This document shows, one piece after another, positions 28,601 to 36,875 of a stretch of DNA of 64,000 nucleotides. The stretch spans positions 146,741-210,740 of the forward strand of contig JBAZMP010000001.1 of NCBI GenBank assembly GCA_041649715.1, written 5' to 3'. The translations under genes were made by a program, and so were the position numbers. This stretch comes from Patescibacteria group bacterium (GTDB taxonomy: Bacteria > Patescibacteriota > Patescibacteriia > JAXHNJ01). The notes under the pieces are model-generated. The model worked only from the letters and a program-made list of their open reading frames with translations, had not been told where the DNA came from and ran no database searches. Numbering within the stretch: position 1 is the stretch's first letter; the number at the start of each line of letters is the position of its first letter.

Positions 28601-29713
28601 TTTACTGATTTCGCGGTGACCACCGGTACTGATGATATTGGCGGCGTGACCGAAAAGAACATTGTGACCGCACCTAAGGTCGGCGGCGGACCCCAGGTGA
28701 CGACTTGGGATTCGAATGGAACCAGGCAGGCTGGTTTTATGGCTTACGCTCCTACCCTAAGAACGGGCGTCAAGGCGGTAATGGGCGATTTGGACGGGGA
28801 CGGCAACGATGAAATTGTCACCTTGCCTTCTGGTCTAGCGGCGCCCCATTTGCGCGTCTTTACTTCTTCCGGTGAGGTTTTGGCCGGCACTTTTATCTAC
28901 GCCACGACTTTTCGCGGCACTTATTCATTGTCTCTAGGCGATGTAGATGGCGATGGCAGTCAGGAAATTATAGTTGCTCCTACCGCCAACGGCGGTCCGC
29001 AAGTGAGAGTGTATAAGTATGCCGCTGGCGTTCTCTCATTGCATTCTTCTTTCTTCGCTTACGCCCAGACTTTAAGGACCGGGATAAACGTTTATGCCGG
29101 CGATGTCAATGGTGATGGCGAGGATGAAATTATCACGGCCACTCGTCAAGGTGCCGCCCCGCATGTCAGGATTTTCAGTGGTACCGGTGGATTGGTCAGT
29201 CAGTTTTTCGCCTTCCCGACCGGATTTCGTGGAGGCGTTAATATCGCTTTAGGTGACTACAACGGTGACGGTTCGCAGGATTTAGCCTTGACTCCGGCGG
29301 GAAACGGCGGCCCGCAGTATCGAGTAGTGAATTATGAGGGAACGACTTTGTTATCAGGTTTTGCCTATAACACTGCCTGGCGGATGGGCTTAAAGGCAGG
29401 GATCGGCGATGTTGATGGCGATAATCAAGCTGAAGTTGTCGTTGCCCCGGTACTCGGCGGAGCCCATATCCAGGTTTACGGTCCAAGCGGCTTGGAAAAA
29501 CAATTCTTCGCTTTTCCCACCACTTTCCGCGGCGGCGCTGACCTAAAAGTGACGGATGTTGATGCCAACGGCACGGCCGATATTATCATTACGCCGATGA
29601 CGGGTGGCGGTCCTCAGGTTAGAGTGATGAACAGTTCTGGCACCGTCCTCTATCAGTTCATGTCTTTGCACCCGGGCTTTAGGGGTGGCGTCAACCTTGA
29701 AGTTAGTAAATAG
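25643..29713 (+). CDS. Giant secreted protein with a C-terminal FG-GAP/VCBS-type beta-propeller
   Basis: Signal peptide MKKKLYIILNFLTVLSLVGPFSFMNVNFAQA. The C-terminal 400 aa contain about 7 repeats of the form GDxDGDGxxEIVxxP...GPQVRVY, which is the FG-GAP pattern. Confidence 0.8.
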   Translation: MKKKLYIILNFLTVLSLVGPFSFMNVNFAQAITAGPSISVYAGDTTLDETTSYIITLNHIPEMTTTEVWHNIQFFTGINYRGAENPNAEIDFSNATLTGGYVRVYTGESYVTVPAGQTELQTSADNIRNFDLIINGAYSIPENALIKIKINNVVNPSVAGTFSAWFNGGFSDNVGWNDIGGAQNDSALLLGIDKFINGDVTYKTGGAVTTCAINANKQGAQEWANADCDGSGHYNLGLTSAGTWQVHLDAKNINGQRVTTDWIYEGSDSYVEANVAGTYTQNFSVVKATSSVMGKVLLANGAVPANPWEYRVDIRNQQGQGSGTNLGNDGAFSVPVLAGTYNLSVNSQNAQFYVDPLNITIGNDQTKNVGTLTLKEKTAAIKGKVTDDSGSPVSGLRVNMWGQNGWGEGRTNANGNYTIWTYKGDWEIMVDQMEAGQQGLIQQGEPNRISITENDQIVTGVNFRLIQTDATAKLTILDMNGVKAGNINGYAYCRKADAMPGPGSDFGMGLGGQSANPVSIPVIGGETYVCGVNVPSEMNLALDKEVEAYIGVGQTKSISVVLLHNDSEIVGYLRDASSGAVITNVEGDVFAQGEMKGMGYHSFINADGSYRLSVKGGSSYFLGYNIRTAGYVQGQPDQSPVVVPASSRVVKTLKVHKANANLNITVLDPDGSKVTYAWVWCDNMKQKENELKGSFEGGEVLHAGGETNLSGVAKLPIVAGEYTCGAGLPPNMAQYMPPENAEIMIVSGATENITLQFRESEGTVKGSVTDENGSEMSMGFCHAWNPEGGFSGGQVFNGSYSIPLTRGTWYVGCDSMNGQEFFRSDEMQINLEAVGDNISKDFVLRKSSFEIPQGISQSFDASTLTVINLPDGSMITIPANAVATSGTYTLTASPNINLYHTPEAKPALGFAWSFELTDSSGQSVTTNFNSNVTITIKYDEEILREMGIDEAKIIGRYWDEASSTWKMPDNIVQDTENNIINIMIDHFTDFAVTTGTDDIGGVTEKNIVTAPKVGGGPQVTTWDSNGTRQAGFMAYAPTLRTGVKAVMGDLDGDGNDEIVTLPSGLAAPHLRVFTSSGEVLAGTFIYATTFRGTYSLSLGDVDGDGSQEIIVAPTANGGPQVRVYKYAAGVLSLHSSFFAYAQTLRTGINVYAGDVNGDGEDEIITATRQGAAPHVRIFSGTGGLVSQFFAFPTGFRGGVNIALGDYNGDGSQDLALTPAGNGGPQYRVVNYEGTTLLSGFAYNTAWRMGLKAGIGDVDGDNQAEVVVAPVLGGAHIQVYGPSGLEKQFFAFPTTFRGGADLKVTDVDANGTADIIITPMTGGGPQVRVMNSSGTVLYQFMSLHPGFRGGVNLEVSK

Positions 29714-29743
29714 CTTGAAGATATAGTCAAAAACAAAAAAACT

Positions 29744-29776
29744 AAAAAATCCTCTATAAATAAAGAGGATTTTTTA
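29744..29776 (+). terminator. Rho-independent terminator
   Basis: aaaaAATCCTCTataaataaAGAGGATTtttt. Confidence 0.55.
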
Positions 29777-29899
29777 GTTGCTTAACTGTGATTATTGACA
29801 AAAATATAGACTATCTTTATAATTAAGCTAGAAAGTGATTAAATTATTTCTTTTTTGTCACAATATAACTCACTTTTTTTATTTTTAAAAAACAAAACT

Positions 29900-30256
29900 A
29901 TGGATGCGAATTTTATCACCGAGATGAAAGAAAAATTGGAAAGCGAGCGCACGGATTTAAGAAAAAGACTCGGCCTTTTGGGCCCGGAAGACAAGAAAGT
30001 TAAGGACGATTTTCACGCGAAATTTCCGCAATACGGCAGTTCCGAAGAAGATAACGCCACGGAAGTCGCGCAATATCAGGATAATGTGTCGCTGGAAGGA
30101 AATTTAGAGGGAAGATTAAAGGAAGTGGAAGAAGCTTTGGTAAAAATTAACAAGGGGGGTTATGGCCGATGCGAAAACTGTCAGGAAGAAATTCCCCGGG
30201 AAAGACTGGAGGTCAATCCGGCGGCGGCGATTTGCGTCAAATGCAAGGATCTATAG
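29900..30256 (+). CDS. DksA/TraR-family C4 zinc-finger protein
   Basis: The coiled-coil N-terminus is followed by GGYGRCENCQEEIPRERLEVNPAAAICVKC. Confidence 0.75.
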   Translation: MDANFITEMKEKLESERTDLRKRLGLLGPEDKKVKDDFHAKFPQYGSSEEDNATEVAQYQDNVSLEGNLEGRLKEVEEALVKINKGGYGRCENCQEEIPRERLEVNPAAAICVKCKDL

Positions 30257-30257
30257 A

Positions 30258-30722
30258 ATGCGGCTTTTAAGAAATATATATTTTTTATTGGCCGTTGTTT
30301 TTTTTACTTTTATATTGGACCGGTTGTTTAAAAACCTTGTTTTAAACAAAGGTGGTTTTTCTGCCCTCCATGATTTTCTAAAAATCAATCTTTACCCCAA
30401 CGGAGGCATCGCTTTGAGTTTGCCGGCCAGCCGTTTTATTATTTATCCCTTGATTATTCTGATCCTGATCATTGTTTTTTATTTTCTTTTCCTGGGCCTT
30501 AAGAAACATGATTATTTGTTGATCTGGGGCATGGCTCTTATTTTTGTCGGCGCGTCTTCTAATCTGATCGACCGCCTCCGCTTCGGTAATGTGATTGATT
30601 ATCTTAATTTTAGCGGATTTTTTCCGGTGTTTAATTTCGCCGACGTGATGATCGTGGCGGGCGCGGGGCTGTTTCTTCTCAAAAGTCTGGGGAAGGATCA
30701 TTTGACAAATATATTAGAATAA
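30258..30722 (+). CDS. lspA: Lipoprotein signal peptidase (signal peptidase II)
   Basis: Four TM segments, with FPVFNFADVMIVAGAGLFL matching the LspA catalytic Asp region. The ATG at 30258 abuts the dksA stop. Confidence 0.8.
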   Translation: MRLLRNIYFLLAVVFFTFILDRLFKNLVLNKGGFSALHDFLKINLYPNGGIALSLPASRFIIYPLIILILIIVFYFLFLGLKKHDYLLIWGMALIFVGASSNLIDRLRFGNVIDYLNFSGFFPVFNFADVMIVAGAGLFLLKSLGKDHLTNILE

Positions 30723-30774
30723 ATTATCTTTAAATAAGTTAAGGGTGGCTTTTAAAAGAAAGCGACCTTATTTT

Positions 30775-32292
30775 ATGTCCTCAAAAATTTATTCGGCGGC
30801 CCTGATCGGCCTTAATTCATCCTTGGTCGAAGTGGAAGCGGATACCTCAAGCGGTTTGCCGAAATTTACCATTGTCGGCCTGCCCGACGCCGCCGTGCAG
30901 GAAGCCACGGAAAGAGTGCGGGCCGCGGTAAAAAACAGCGGTTTTAATTTTCCCTATGGCCGTCAGACGATAAATCTGGCGCCAGCCGATATTAAAAAAG
31001 AAGGGCCGTCTTATGATTTGCCCATTGCCTTGGCGCTGCTTGTGGCCACCAGGCAGCTGTCTTTTTCCTACCGAGAGAGCATCTTTATTGGTGAACTTTC
31101 ATTAGACGGCGGATTGAGGCCGGTGAACGGCATCCTGTCATTTGTTCAGCTGGCTCGCGAAAAGAGGATAAAAAATATCTTTTTGCCGGCGGAAAATGCC
31201 AATGAAGCCTGTTTAATCCCCGGCCCGAAGATTTTTCCTTGTCAGAGTCTCGGCCAGGTGGTTAATCACTTGGCGAAAAAGGAATCGATTCCTTCCCATC
31301 GTTATGTCTGGAAAACTATAGATTTGGCGGTGGATTCGACTTTGGACATGGCTTATATCAAAGGTCAGGAGCACGTGAAAAGAGCGTTAGAAATCGCGGC
31401 CGCCGGGCATCATAACATCGTGATGTCTGGTCCGCCCGGTTCAGGCAAAACTTTGCTGGCCAAATCTCTGACCACTATTTTGCCGGAAATGGATCTAGGC
31501 GATGCCCTGGAAGTGACAAAAATTTACAGCGTGGCCGGCCTCATAAAGCCGGACCAGCCCCTGATCGTCAAAAGACCGTTTCGTTCCCCGCATCACACCG
31601 CTTCGGCCGCTTCTATTATCGGTGGCGGCCGGATCCCTCGGCCCGGGGAAGTCTCCTTAGCCCACCGCGGCATTTTGTTTTTGGATGAATTGCCGGAATT
31701 TCAGCGGGGGGTCTTAGAGAGTTTGCGCCAGCCTTTGGAAGAGGGAGAAGTGACGGTGGCCCGCGTGGCCGGCAGCCTGACCTATCCCGCCCGTTTTATG
31801 CTCGTGGCCGCCTTAAATCCCTGCCCTTGCGGCTATTATTCCGATCCGGAAAAGGAATGCACTTGTTCGCCGTCGCAGATTATCCGTTATCGCAAAAAAA
31901 TTTCTGGGCCCTTGCTTGACCGCATTGATCTGCACCTTGAAGTACCGCGCTTAAAAACGGAAAAGCTCCTGTCGGAAAAACTAGGGGAATGCTCCAGTGA
32001 GATAAGAAGGCGGGTTTTGAAGGCTCAGGCTGTTCAAAAAGCAAGATTTAAGAATCTTTCGTGCAAGCTTAATTCAGAAATAAAAGCGCCAGACGTGGAA
32101 GCATTCTGCCGATTGGATGAGCCCGGCCGCCAGTTGATTAAAAATTCGGCGGTGCAGCTTAATCTTTCCGCTCGCGCCTATCATAAGATTTTAAGGCTTT
32201 CCCGGACCATTGCCGATCTGGAAGGATCAGAAAAAATAGAAATCAAGCATTTGGCGGAGGCCCTGCAGTATCGGCCGAAAGGAAACGATTAG
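30775..32292 (+). CDS. comM: YifB/ComM-family Mg-chelatase-like AAA+ ATPase
   Basis: MSSKIYSAALIGLNSSLVEVEADTSSGLPKFTIVGLPDAAVQEATERVRAAV..., Walker A GPPGSGKT, and ILFLDELPEF. Confidence 0.9.
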   Translation: MSSKIYSAALIGLNSSLVEVEADTSSGLPKFTIVGLPDAAVQEATERVRAAVKNSGFNFPYGRQTINLAPADIKKEGPSYDLPIALALLVATRQLSFSYRESIFIGELSLDGGLRPVNGILSFVQLAREKRIKNIFLPAENANEACLIPGPKIFPCQSLGQVVNHLAKKESIPSHRYVWKTIDLAVDSTLDMAYIKGQEHVKRALEIAAAGHHNIVMSGPPGSGKTLLAKSLTTILPEMDLGDALEVTKIYSVAGLIKPDQPLIVKRPFRSPHHTASAASIIGGGRIPRPGEVSLAHRGILFLDELPEFQRGVLESLRQPLEEGEVTVARVAGSLTYPARFMLVAALNPCPCGYYSDPEKECTCSPSQIIRYRKKISGPLLDRIDLHLEVPRLKTEKLLSEKLGECSSEIRRRVLKAQAVQKARFKNLSCKLNSEIKAPDVEAFCRLDEPGRQLIKNSAVQLNLSARAYHKILRLSRTIADLEGSEKIEIKHLAEALQYRPKGND

Positions 32293-32293
32293 A

Positions 32294-32662
32294 GTGTCTC
32301 AAATCCGGCGAATTTATGATCCGTATTATCCATATTATTTTGTCACCGTCAAAACATTTGAGAATAGAAAAATTTTTGGTGATTACAATAAATGCCGGTT
32401 ACTTTACCGAGTTTTTAATCATTTAAAGAGTGAGGGTTATATAAATCTTTTTGCTTGGGTGATTTTGCCCGATCATTTTCATTTATTGTTGGAAATTACC
32501 GGGATGAAAAATATTTCCGAGGTGATACATGATTTGAAAAGTTATTCTGCTAATCAAATATCAAAATTGATATTATCGAGCCGAGGCGCGGTGGCCTCGG
32601 CTCCGCGGGCGGGGAATAATCAAAAAATCGTAGGCGAGGCCTCCGCGCCTCGGCTTACATAA
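32294..32662 (+). pseudogene. REP-associated tyrosine transposase (RAYT/IS200-like Y1), N-terminal fragment ending in REP-like palindromes
   Basis: YFVTVKTFENRKIFGDY...LFAWVILPDHFHLLLEITGMKNIS carries the HuH motif. The reading frame then runs into GC-rich palindromes (ccgaggcgcgg...ccgcgcctcgg) and loses RAYT similarity. The catalytic Tyr region is absent. Confidence 0.6.
32575..32655. repeat. REP-like GC-rich palindromic elements
   Basis: gagccgaggcgcggtggcctcggctccgcgggcgg...ggcgaggcctccgcgcctcggc. ccgagg/cctcgg and gccgaggcgcgg/ccgcgcctcggc are inverted repeats in an AT-rich context. Confidence 0.55.
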
Positions 32663-32820
32663 TCGGCGGACAGAATCAACGGTGAATGTGTCTGTATACA
32701 ATAAATCAAATGACCTCAGGATATTTAAAAAGTTTTGATTTTTAAGATCTCTCGTAGATATTGAGGAAAACAGGGGGTGCATGTGATACGTATATATCTG
32801 TTTAAGTAGGGAAAACCCTG

Positions 32821-32852
32821 AAAATAAAAAAAGGCGCCAGTCTTTGACGCCT
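32821..32852 (-). terminator. Rho-independent terminator of the T9SS-CTD gene
   Basis: On the minus strand: AGGCG-loop-CGCCU followed by UUUUUUAUUUU. Confidence 0.5.
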
Positions 32853-32863
32853 TTATATAGTTA

Positions 32864-33481
32864 TTACCTGAGAAGTACGATCTTTCGGGTTTTTATCTGC
32901 TCCCCACAGATCAATTGAGCAAAATATACGCCCGAAGCCATTTTCTGTGAATTCCATGGACATTGGTAATTATCTGAATTCTGTTCTTTGTCAATCAGGT
33001 TTTCGACGAGTTCGCCCTTTACATTGAATATTTTTAGTGAAACGTGTGATTGGCTCGGCACATTGTAGCTGATATTAACTACAGAATTAAAGGGATTCGG
33101 ATAGACCTGAAAAACAATATTCTTGCTATCGGGTATTTCTTCCACTGCCGTGGCTTCCCATAATGTTGGATAAATATACCAACCTGTAGGTCCACCTTGT
33201 CTCCAACCATTCCCAGCAATATCAGTAAATGAATGGCATTCCCAAAATGCAATTGAATCGACGGGAATGGGAGGATCGTCAGCAGCTTCTCGAAGCCAGT
33301 AAGGTTCCGGATCAACGCCACTCATCATATATACTTCACCATTTGAGGTAAGTATACAAATGGAATTACCATCACTCATAGATGTGGTGGCAACGATAGG
33401 ACCACCCATTACTACTGCAGAGCTTTCCGCCTGAGAGACAAAAACCAGTAAACACAATAGTACCAAAAACACGGTTTTCAT
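32864..33481 (-). CDS. Secreted protein with a T9SS (Por) C-terminal sorting domain
   Basis: Signal peptide MKTVFLVLLCLLVFVSQA. The C-terminal ~80 aa (FQVYPNPFNSVVNISYNV...VSLKIFNVKGELVENL...ASGVYFAQLICGEQIKTRKIVLLR) match the type-A T9SS CTD. Codon usage is visibly more A/T at third positions than in the neighbours. Confidence 0.75.
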   Translation of the reverse strand: MKTVFLVLLCLLVFVSQAESSAVVMGGPIVATTSMSDGNSICILTSNGEVYMMSGVDPEPYWLREAADDPPIPVDSIAFWECHSFTDIAGNGWRQGGPTGWYIYPTLWEATAVEEIPDSKNIVFQVYPNPFNSVVNISYNVPSQSHVSLKIFNVKGELVENLIDKEQNSDNYQCPWNSQKMASGVYFAQLICGEQIKTRKIVLLR

Positions 33482-33673
33482 TTCACACCTCCTAGAATGA
33501 AAAAAGAACTTACTTTATAATTTGACCCTATATAATTTGACCCTAACAGATAAGTTTAATTTTGTCAATAATAAGAAAAACCCCTTGCGGGGCTTTTCTT
33601 CCAGACAAAATTTGTCTATAAAATTAAATCTTTACAGTATTTAATTATTTAATACAATTATTAAAATATTCAT

Positions 33674-34098
33674 TTGCATCTTTTTGCTTGGGTGATTTTG
33701 CCCGATCATTTTCATTTATTGTTGAAGATTACAGGTATGAAAAACATATCAGAGATTATGAAAAGTATTAAGGGAAATTACAGTTGGATAATCAACCATT
33801 CCGTCCAGACTGGAAAGTCTGGACTTCGTTTTGGAAATGATATTAATTATAATACCGGAGGGCAGACTTTTCCCGCCCCCAAAGGATATATCATATGTTT
33901 TGCGGGACCCCGCAAAGCGGTGGCCAGTCTGCCCACAAAAATGTAAATCAAATCTGGCAAACTTCTTTTTATGATCACATAATCCGTAATCAAACGGATT
34001 TTAATAACCACGTCAATTACATCCATTACAATCCAGTAAAACACGGTTACGCGCAGAAAATAGAAGATTGGCTGTGGTCGAGCTATAATAATTTGTAA
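33674..34098 (+). pseudogene. RAYT (REP-associated tyrosine transposase), 5'-truncated and frameshifted C-terminal fragment
   Basis: Frame 1 reads LFAWVILPDHFHLLLKITGMKNISEIMKSIKGNYSWIINHS. Frame 2 (33895..34098) reads IWQTSFYDHIIRNQTDFNNHVNYIHYNPVKHGYAQKIEDWLWSSY, the catalytic-Tyr region. A 9-bp perfect palindrome, gtccagactggaaagtctggac, sits at the frame break. Confidence 0.6.
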
Positions 34099-34127
34099 TA
34101 ATAAAATTGAAATTACTTTATAATACT

Positions 34128-34158
34128 CTTGACTTTTCCCTGATTTTGCGCTATAATT
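34128..34158 (+). promoter_or_regulatory. Canonical sigma70-like promoter (TTGACT-17-TATAAT)
   Basis: ttgact tttccctgattttgcgc tataat. Confidence 0.4.
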
Positions 34159-34211
34159 AGGTTATAAAGAGGTGAAAAGTCCTCTTTTTGTTTGCTAAAA
34201 CAAAAACAAAA

Positions 34212-34412
34212 ATGCTTTTAACAAAAGAAACTTTAATAGAACTGATCTTGTATACCCGGCGCTTGATGAATCTTCCCACGGATGACCAAACCGTTGATTT
34301 TATCAGAGGATCAGGCGTCGAAAGCGTCAAACAGATTTGGTACGGCCTGGATGAGTTGGCGCGGATTTTCCAGAATTTCGGCCAAAAGACTTTTGCCGGC
34401 CAGAATGCATAA
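34212..34412 (+). CDS. Small hypothetical protein (66 aa)
   Basis: ATG ORF MLLTKETLIELILYTRRLMNLPTDDQTVDFIRGSGVESVKQIWYGLDELARIFQNF..., lying between the canonical promoter and a T-rich terminator hairpin (34417-34455). No strong RBS. Confidence 0.35.
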   Translation: MLLTKETLIELILYTRRLMNLPTDDQTVDFIRGSGVESVKQIWYGLDELARIFQNFGQKTFAGQNA

Positions 34413-34485
34413 GAAAAAACCCCCCTTGTCTTCATCTACTGAGGGGCTTTTTTTACTGGTCTTTTTGCGCTAAAATTAATAAGCC

Positions 34486-35370
34486 ATGAAAAATGATTTA
34501 AGATATTTTTTAATCTTGAATCCCGCCGCCAATCAGGGCCGGGCGGCTAAGATAATTCCCATAATCCAGGAATTTTTTAATAAATGGGACCAGAAATATG
34601 AACTCGCGGTCACGAAAAGGCCGAAAGAGGCGGTAACTTTGGCAAATCAGGCGGCAAAAAAGTACGATGTCGTGGTGGCAATTGGCGGCGATGGGACAAT
34701 CAATGAAGTCGTAAACGGTTTGATGGGCAGCCGGGCGGTTTTTGGCCTTATACCGGCGGGGGCCGGCAATGATTTCAGTAAAGCCTTAGGCCTCAAAAAT
34801 AATTTATCAGAAAACCTGGAAATAATATTAAGGGGCCATGTTAGGGAAGTGGACGTGGGAAAAGTGAATCATTTGTATTTTATCAATATCTTGGGTACCG
34901 GTTTTGACGCCCTGGTGGCCGAGTCAATGGCCAGCCGGCCAAAAATGTTGAAAGGCTTGGCCGCTTATCTCTGGGGGCTGGCCAAGACCTTAAAGAGATA
35001 TCGATTTACTCGTTTAAAGCTGAAAACCGACGGCTGGTCGGAAGAAAAGGAATATTTGATGGTGGCCGCCGCCAACGGCGAATTTTTTGGCGGTGGTTTT
35101 CATCTCACCCCTCACGCCTCCATCCGGGACGGTTTTTTGGATGTTTTGCTGGCCGATAAAATGTCGAGAAAATATTTATTAAAAAATTTGAACAAAGTGA
35201 TAAAAGGCACCCATGAAAATTTGCCGGAGATCAGAATAATTAAGACTAAAAAATTATCTATTGAATCTGAAGGCGAATTGCTCTGCGAGTACGACGGTGA
35301 ACTTCTGCGCGGTCAAAAAAAATTGGAAATTGAAATTCTGCCCAGGGCAATAAAGATTATCGGTAACTAA
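34486..35370 (+). CDS. Diacylglycerol-kinase-family lipid kinase (YegS/BmrU-like)
   Basis: DVVVAIGGDGTINEVVNGL...GLIPAGAGNDFSKAL is the DAGK catalytic-domain signature. Confidence 0.85.
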   Translation: MKNDLRYFLILNPAANQGRAAKIIPIIQEFFNKWDQKYELAVTKRPKEAVTLANQAAKKYDVVVAIGGDGTINEVVNGLMGSRAVFGLIPAGAGNDFSKALGLKNNLSENLEIILRGHVREVDVGKVNHLYFINILGTGFDALVAESMASRPKMLKGLAAYLWGLAKTLKRYRFTRLKLKTDGWSEEKEYLMVAAANGEFFGGGFHLTPHASIRDGFLDVLLADKMSRKYLLKNLNKVIKGTHENLPEIRIIKTKKLSIESEGELLCEYDGELLRGQKKLEIEILPRAIKIIGN

Positions 35371-35410
35371 AAACGAAAGAGATTTTATTTTATCCCGGTT
35401 TTTTTGCGGT

Positions 35411-36688
35411 CTAAAGATAGCTTAAGGGATTTACTTTCGTGCCGTTAATGATCACTTCAAAGTGAAGATGAGTGCCCGTGCACCAGCCGGTGCAGCCCAT
35501 CATGCCGATGGTCTGGCCCTTTGAGACCGATTGGCCTTGTTTAATAAAGAATTTGCTTAGATGAGCATAGACGGTTTTTTTGCCGCCGCCATGGTTGACA
35601 ATAATGACATTGCCGTAGCCCGTACCCTGACCGACTTTTTCCGCGGTGCCGTTTTCGGCGGCATAGATAGGCGAAGAATAGTTGCCGTCTATATCGATAG
35701 CCGCATGCCTCCATTTATAGTATTGATTGATTTTATGGCTGGGCGTGGGCCAGAGCAGCCGGGAGCCTTCGGGGACGCGGGCCGAAGGCGGCGCATTTCC
35801 GGAAAAAATGGAAGCGAAAGAGGTTGATTTTTTCGGGGTGGGGGCCGGCGCCTCTATTTGGCCGCCGGGGATCATGATCTGGTCATCGATGTCAATCGCC
35901 GAAGCGTCAGCCAGAAGATTGAATTCCATGATGGTATTCTCATCGGCTTTGAATTTTTTGGCGATACTGGACAGAGTATCGTTTTTTTGGACTTTATAAA
36001 ACACGCCCGAGACCGGCGGGATAGTCAGGGTTTGGCCGGGTTTAATATAATCCGTATCATTCAAACCGTTGGCCCAAAGAATTGTGTTGGTGGAAATGCC
36101 GAATTTACCGGCGATGGTGCTTATCGTGTCGCCACCTTTGACCTGGTAATATTCAATCGCTTCGCGCGGCTGGCCAGCAGAAGAAGTGTCCGGCAGGGTA
36201 TTTTTTACCAGAACACTGCCGCCCTCCGTGGTGATCAGGGGGTTTTCGGCGGTGATCACCGCATATTCCGTGATGGGGCGGCTGATCAAAGCGCCTTTTT
36301 GTTCCTGATATTTATTTTGTCTCACAACAGTTTCGACCGTTTCTGTGGTCTCTTCGTTTAGGTCAGAAGTGAGCAGGGCGGAAAAAAGGGTCTTTTGGCC
36401 GAATTGCCCCAGTTTAACTTCCCGGGCGCTTAAGCTGTTGCTTGAGATCGAGAGGGCGATTATGACGATCAGGAAGTGAATCAGGTACCGGTGGGTTAGA
36501 AGATGGTAGAATTTTTGGCCGGTGGGCAGGTTCAGCTTTAAATATTCTTTTTTCAGGAGCCGGTAAAATTTATACAAAGTAATCGCGACCGGTTTAAGCA
36601 GGAGATCGGCCAGATAGAGCAAGGGCCGGCCCAGGCCGTAAATGAAAAAAAGCCTTAAACCTCGGCCGAATAAATTTAAGACCTTCAT
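35411..36688 (-). CDS. LysM-domain M23-family peptidoglycan endopeptidase
   Basis: An N-terminal TM segment, then two LysM-like segments (YQVKGGDTISTIAGKFGIS and YKVQKNDTLSSIAKKF), then the C-terminal M23 motif region ...YAHLSKFFIKQGQSVSKGQTIGMMGCTGWCTGTHLHFEVI. Confidence 0.85.
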   Translation of the reverse strand: MKVLNLFGRGLRLFFIYGLGRPLLYLADLLLKPVAITLYKFYRLLKKEYLKLNLPTGQKFYHLLTHRYLIHFLIVIIALSISSNSLSAREVKLGQFGQKTLFSALLTSDLNEETTETVETVVRQNKYQEQKGALISRPITEYAVITAENPLITTEGGSVLVKNTLPDTSSAGQPREAIEYYQVKGGDTISTIAGKFGISTNTILWANGLNDTDYIKPGQTLTIPPVSGVFYKVQKNDTLSSIAKKFKADENTIMEFNLLADASAIDIDDQIMIPGGQIEAPAPTPKKSTSFASIFSGNAPPSARVPEGSRLLWPTPSHKINQYYKWRHAAIDIDGNYSSPIYAAENGTAEKVGQGTGYGNVIIVNHGGGKKTVYAHLSKFFIKQGQSVSKGQTIGMMGCTGWCTGTHLHFEVIINGTKVNPLSYL

Positions 36689-36875
36689 TATTTTCGCCAG
36701 GATAATAACCGCGATTTTTTTGAATTGATAGCTAATAGTTTTTTTGGTTAATTATTAGCGTTTTTTCCAGGGCTGACCCGGAATTTTGGGGATAGGCACT
36801 ATCATACCAGGGGGGGCGGAATGTGTCAAGATTTTCCATTTGTGAAAATAGCAAAATAATGATAAAATTTAAAAT

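Noticed and set aside
33576-33600. Hairpin aaaaaCCCCttgcGGGGcttttc as a terminator
   Set aside because: The stem is only 4 bp, and it lies upstream of the minus-strand T9SS-CTD gene start. No gene ends there. It is more likely part of the REP/MITE-like palindrome population than a terminator.
36689-36875. T-box riboswitch upstream of leuS
   Set aside because: The leader is only about 190 nt, shared with a divergent promoter. It lacks the AGGGUGGNACCGCG T-box core or a specifier-loop arrangement.
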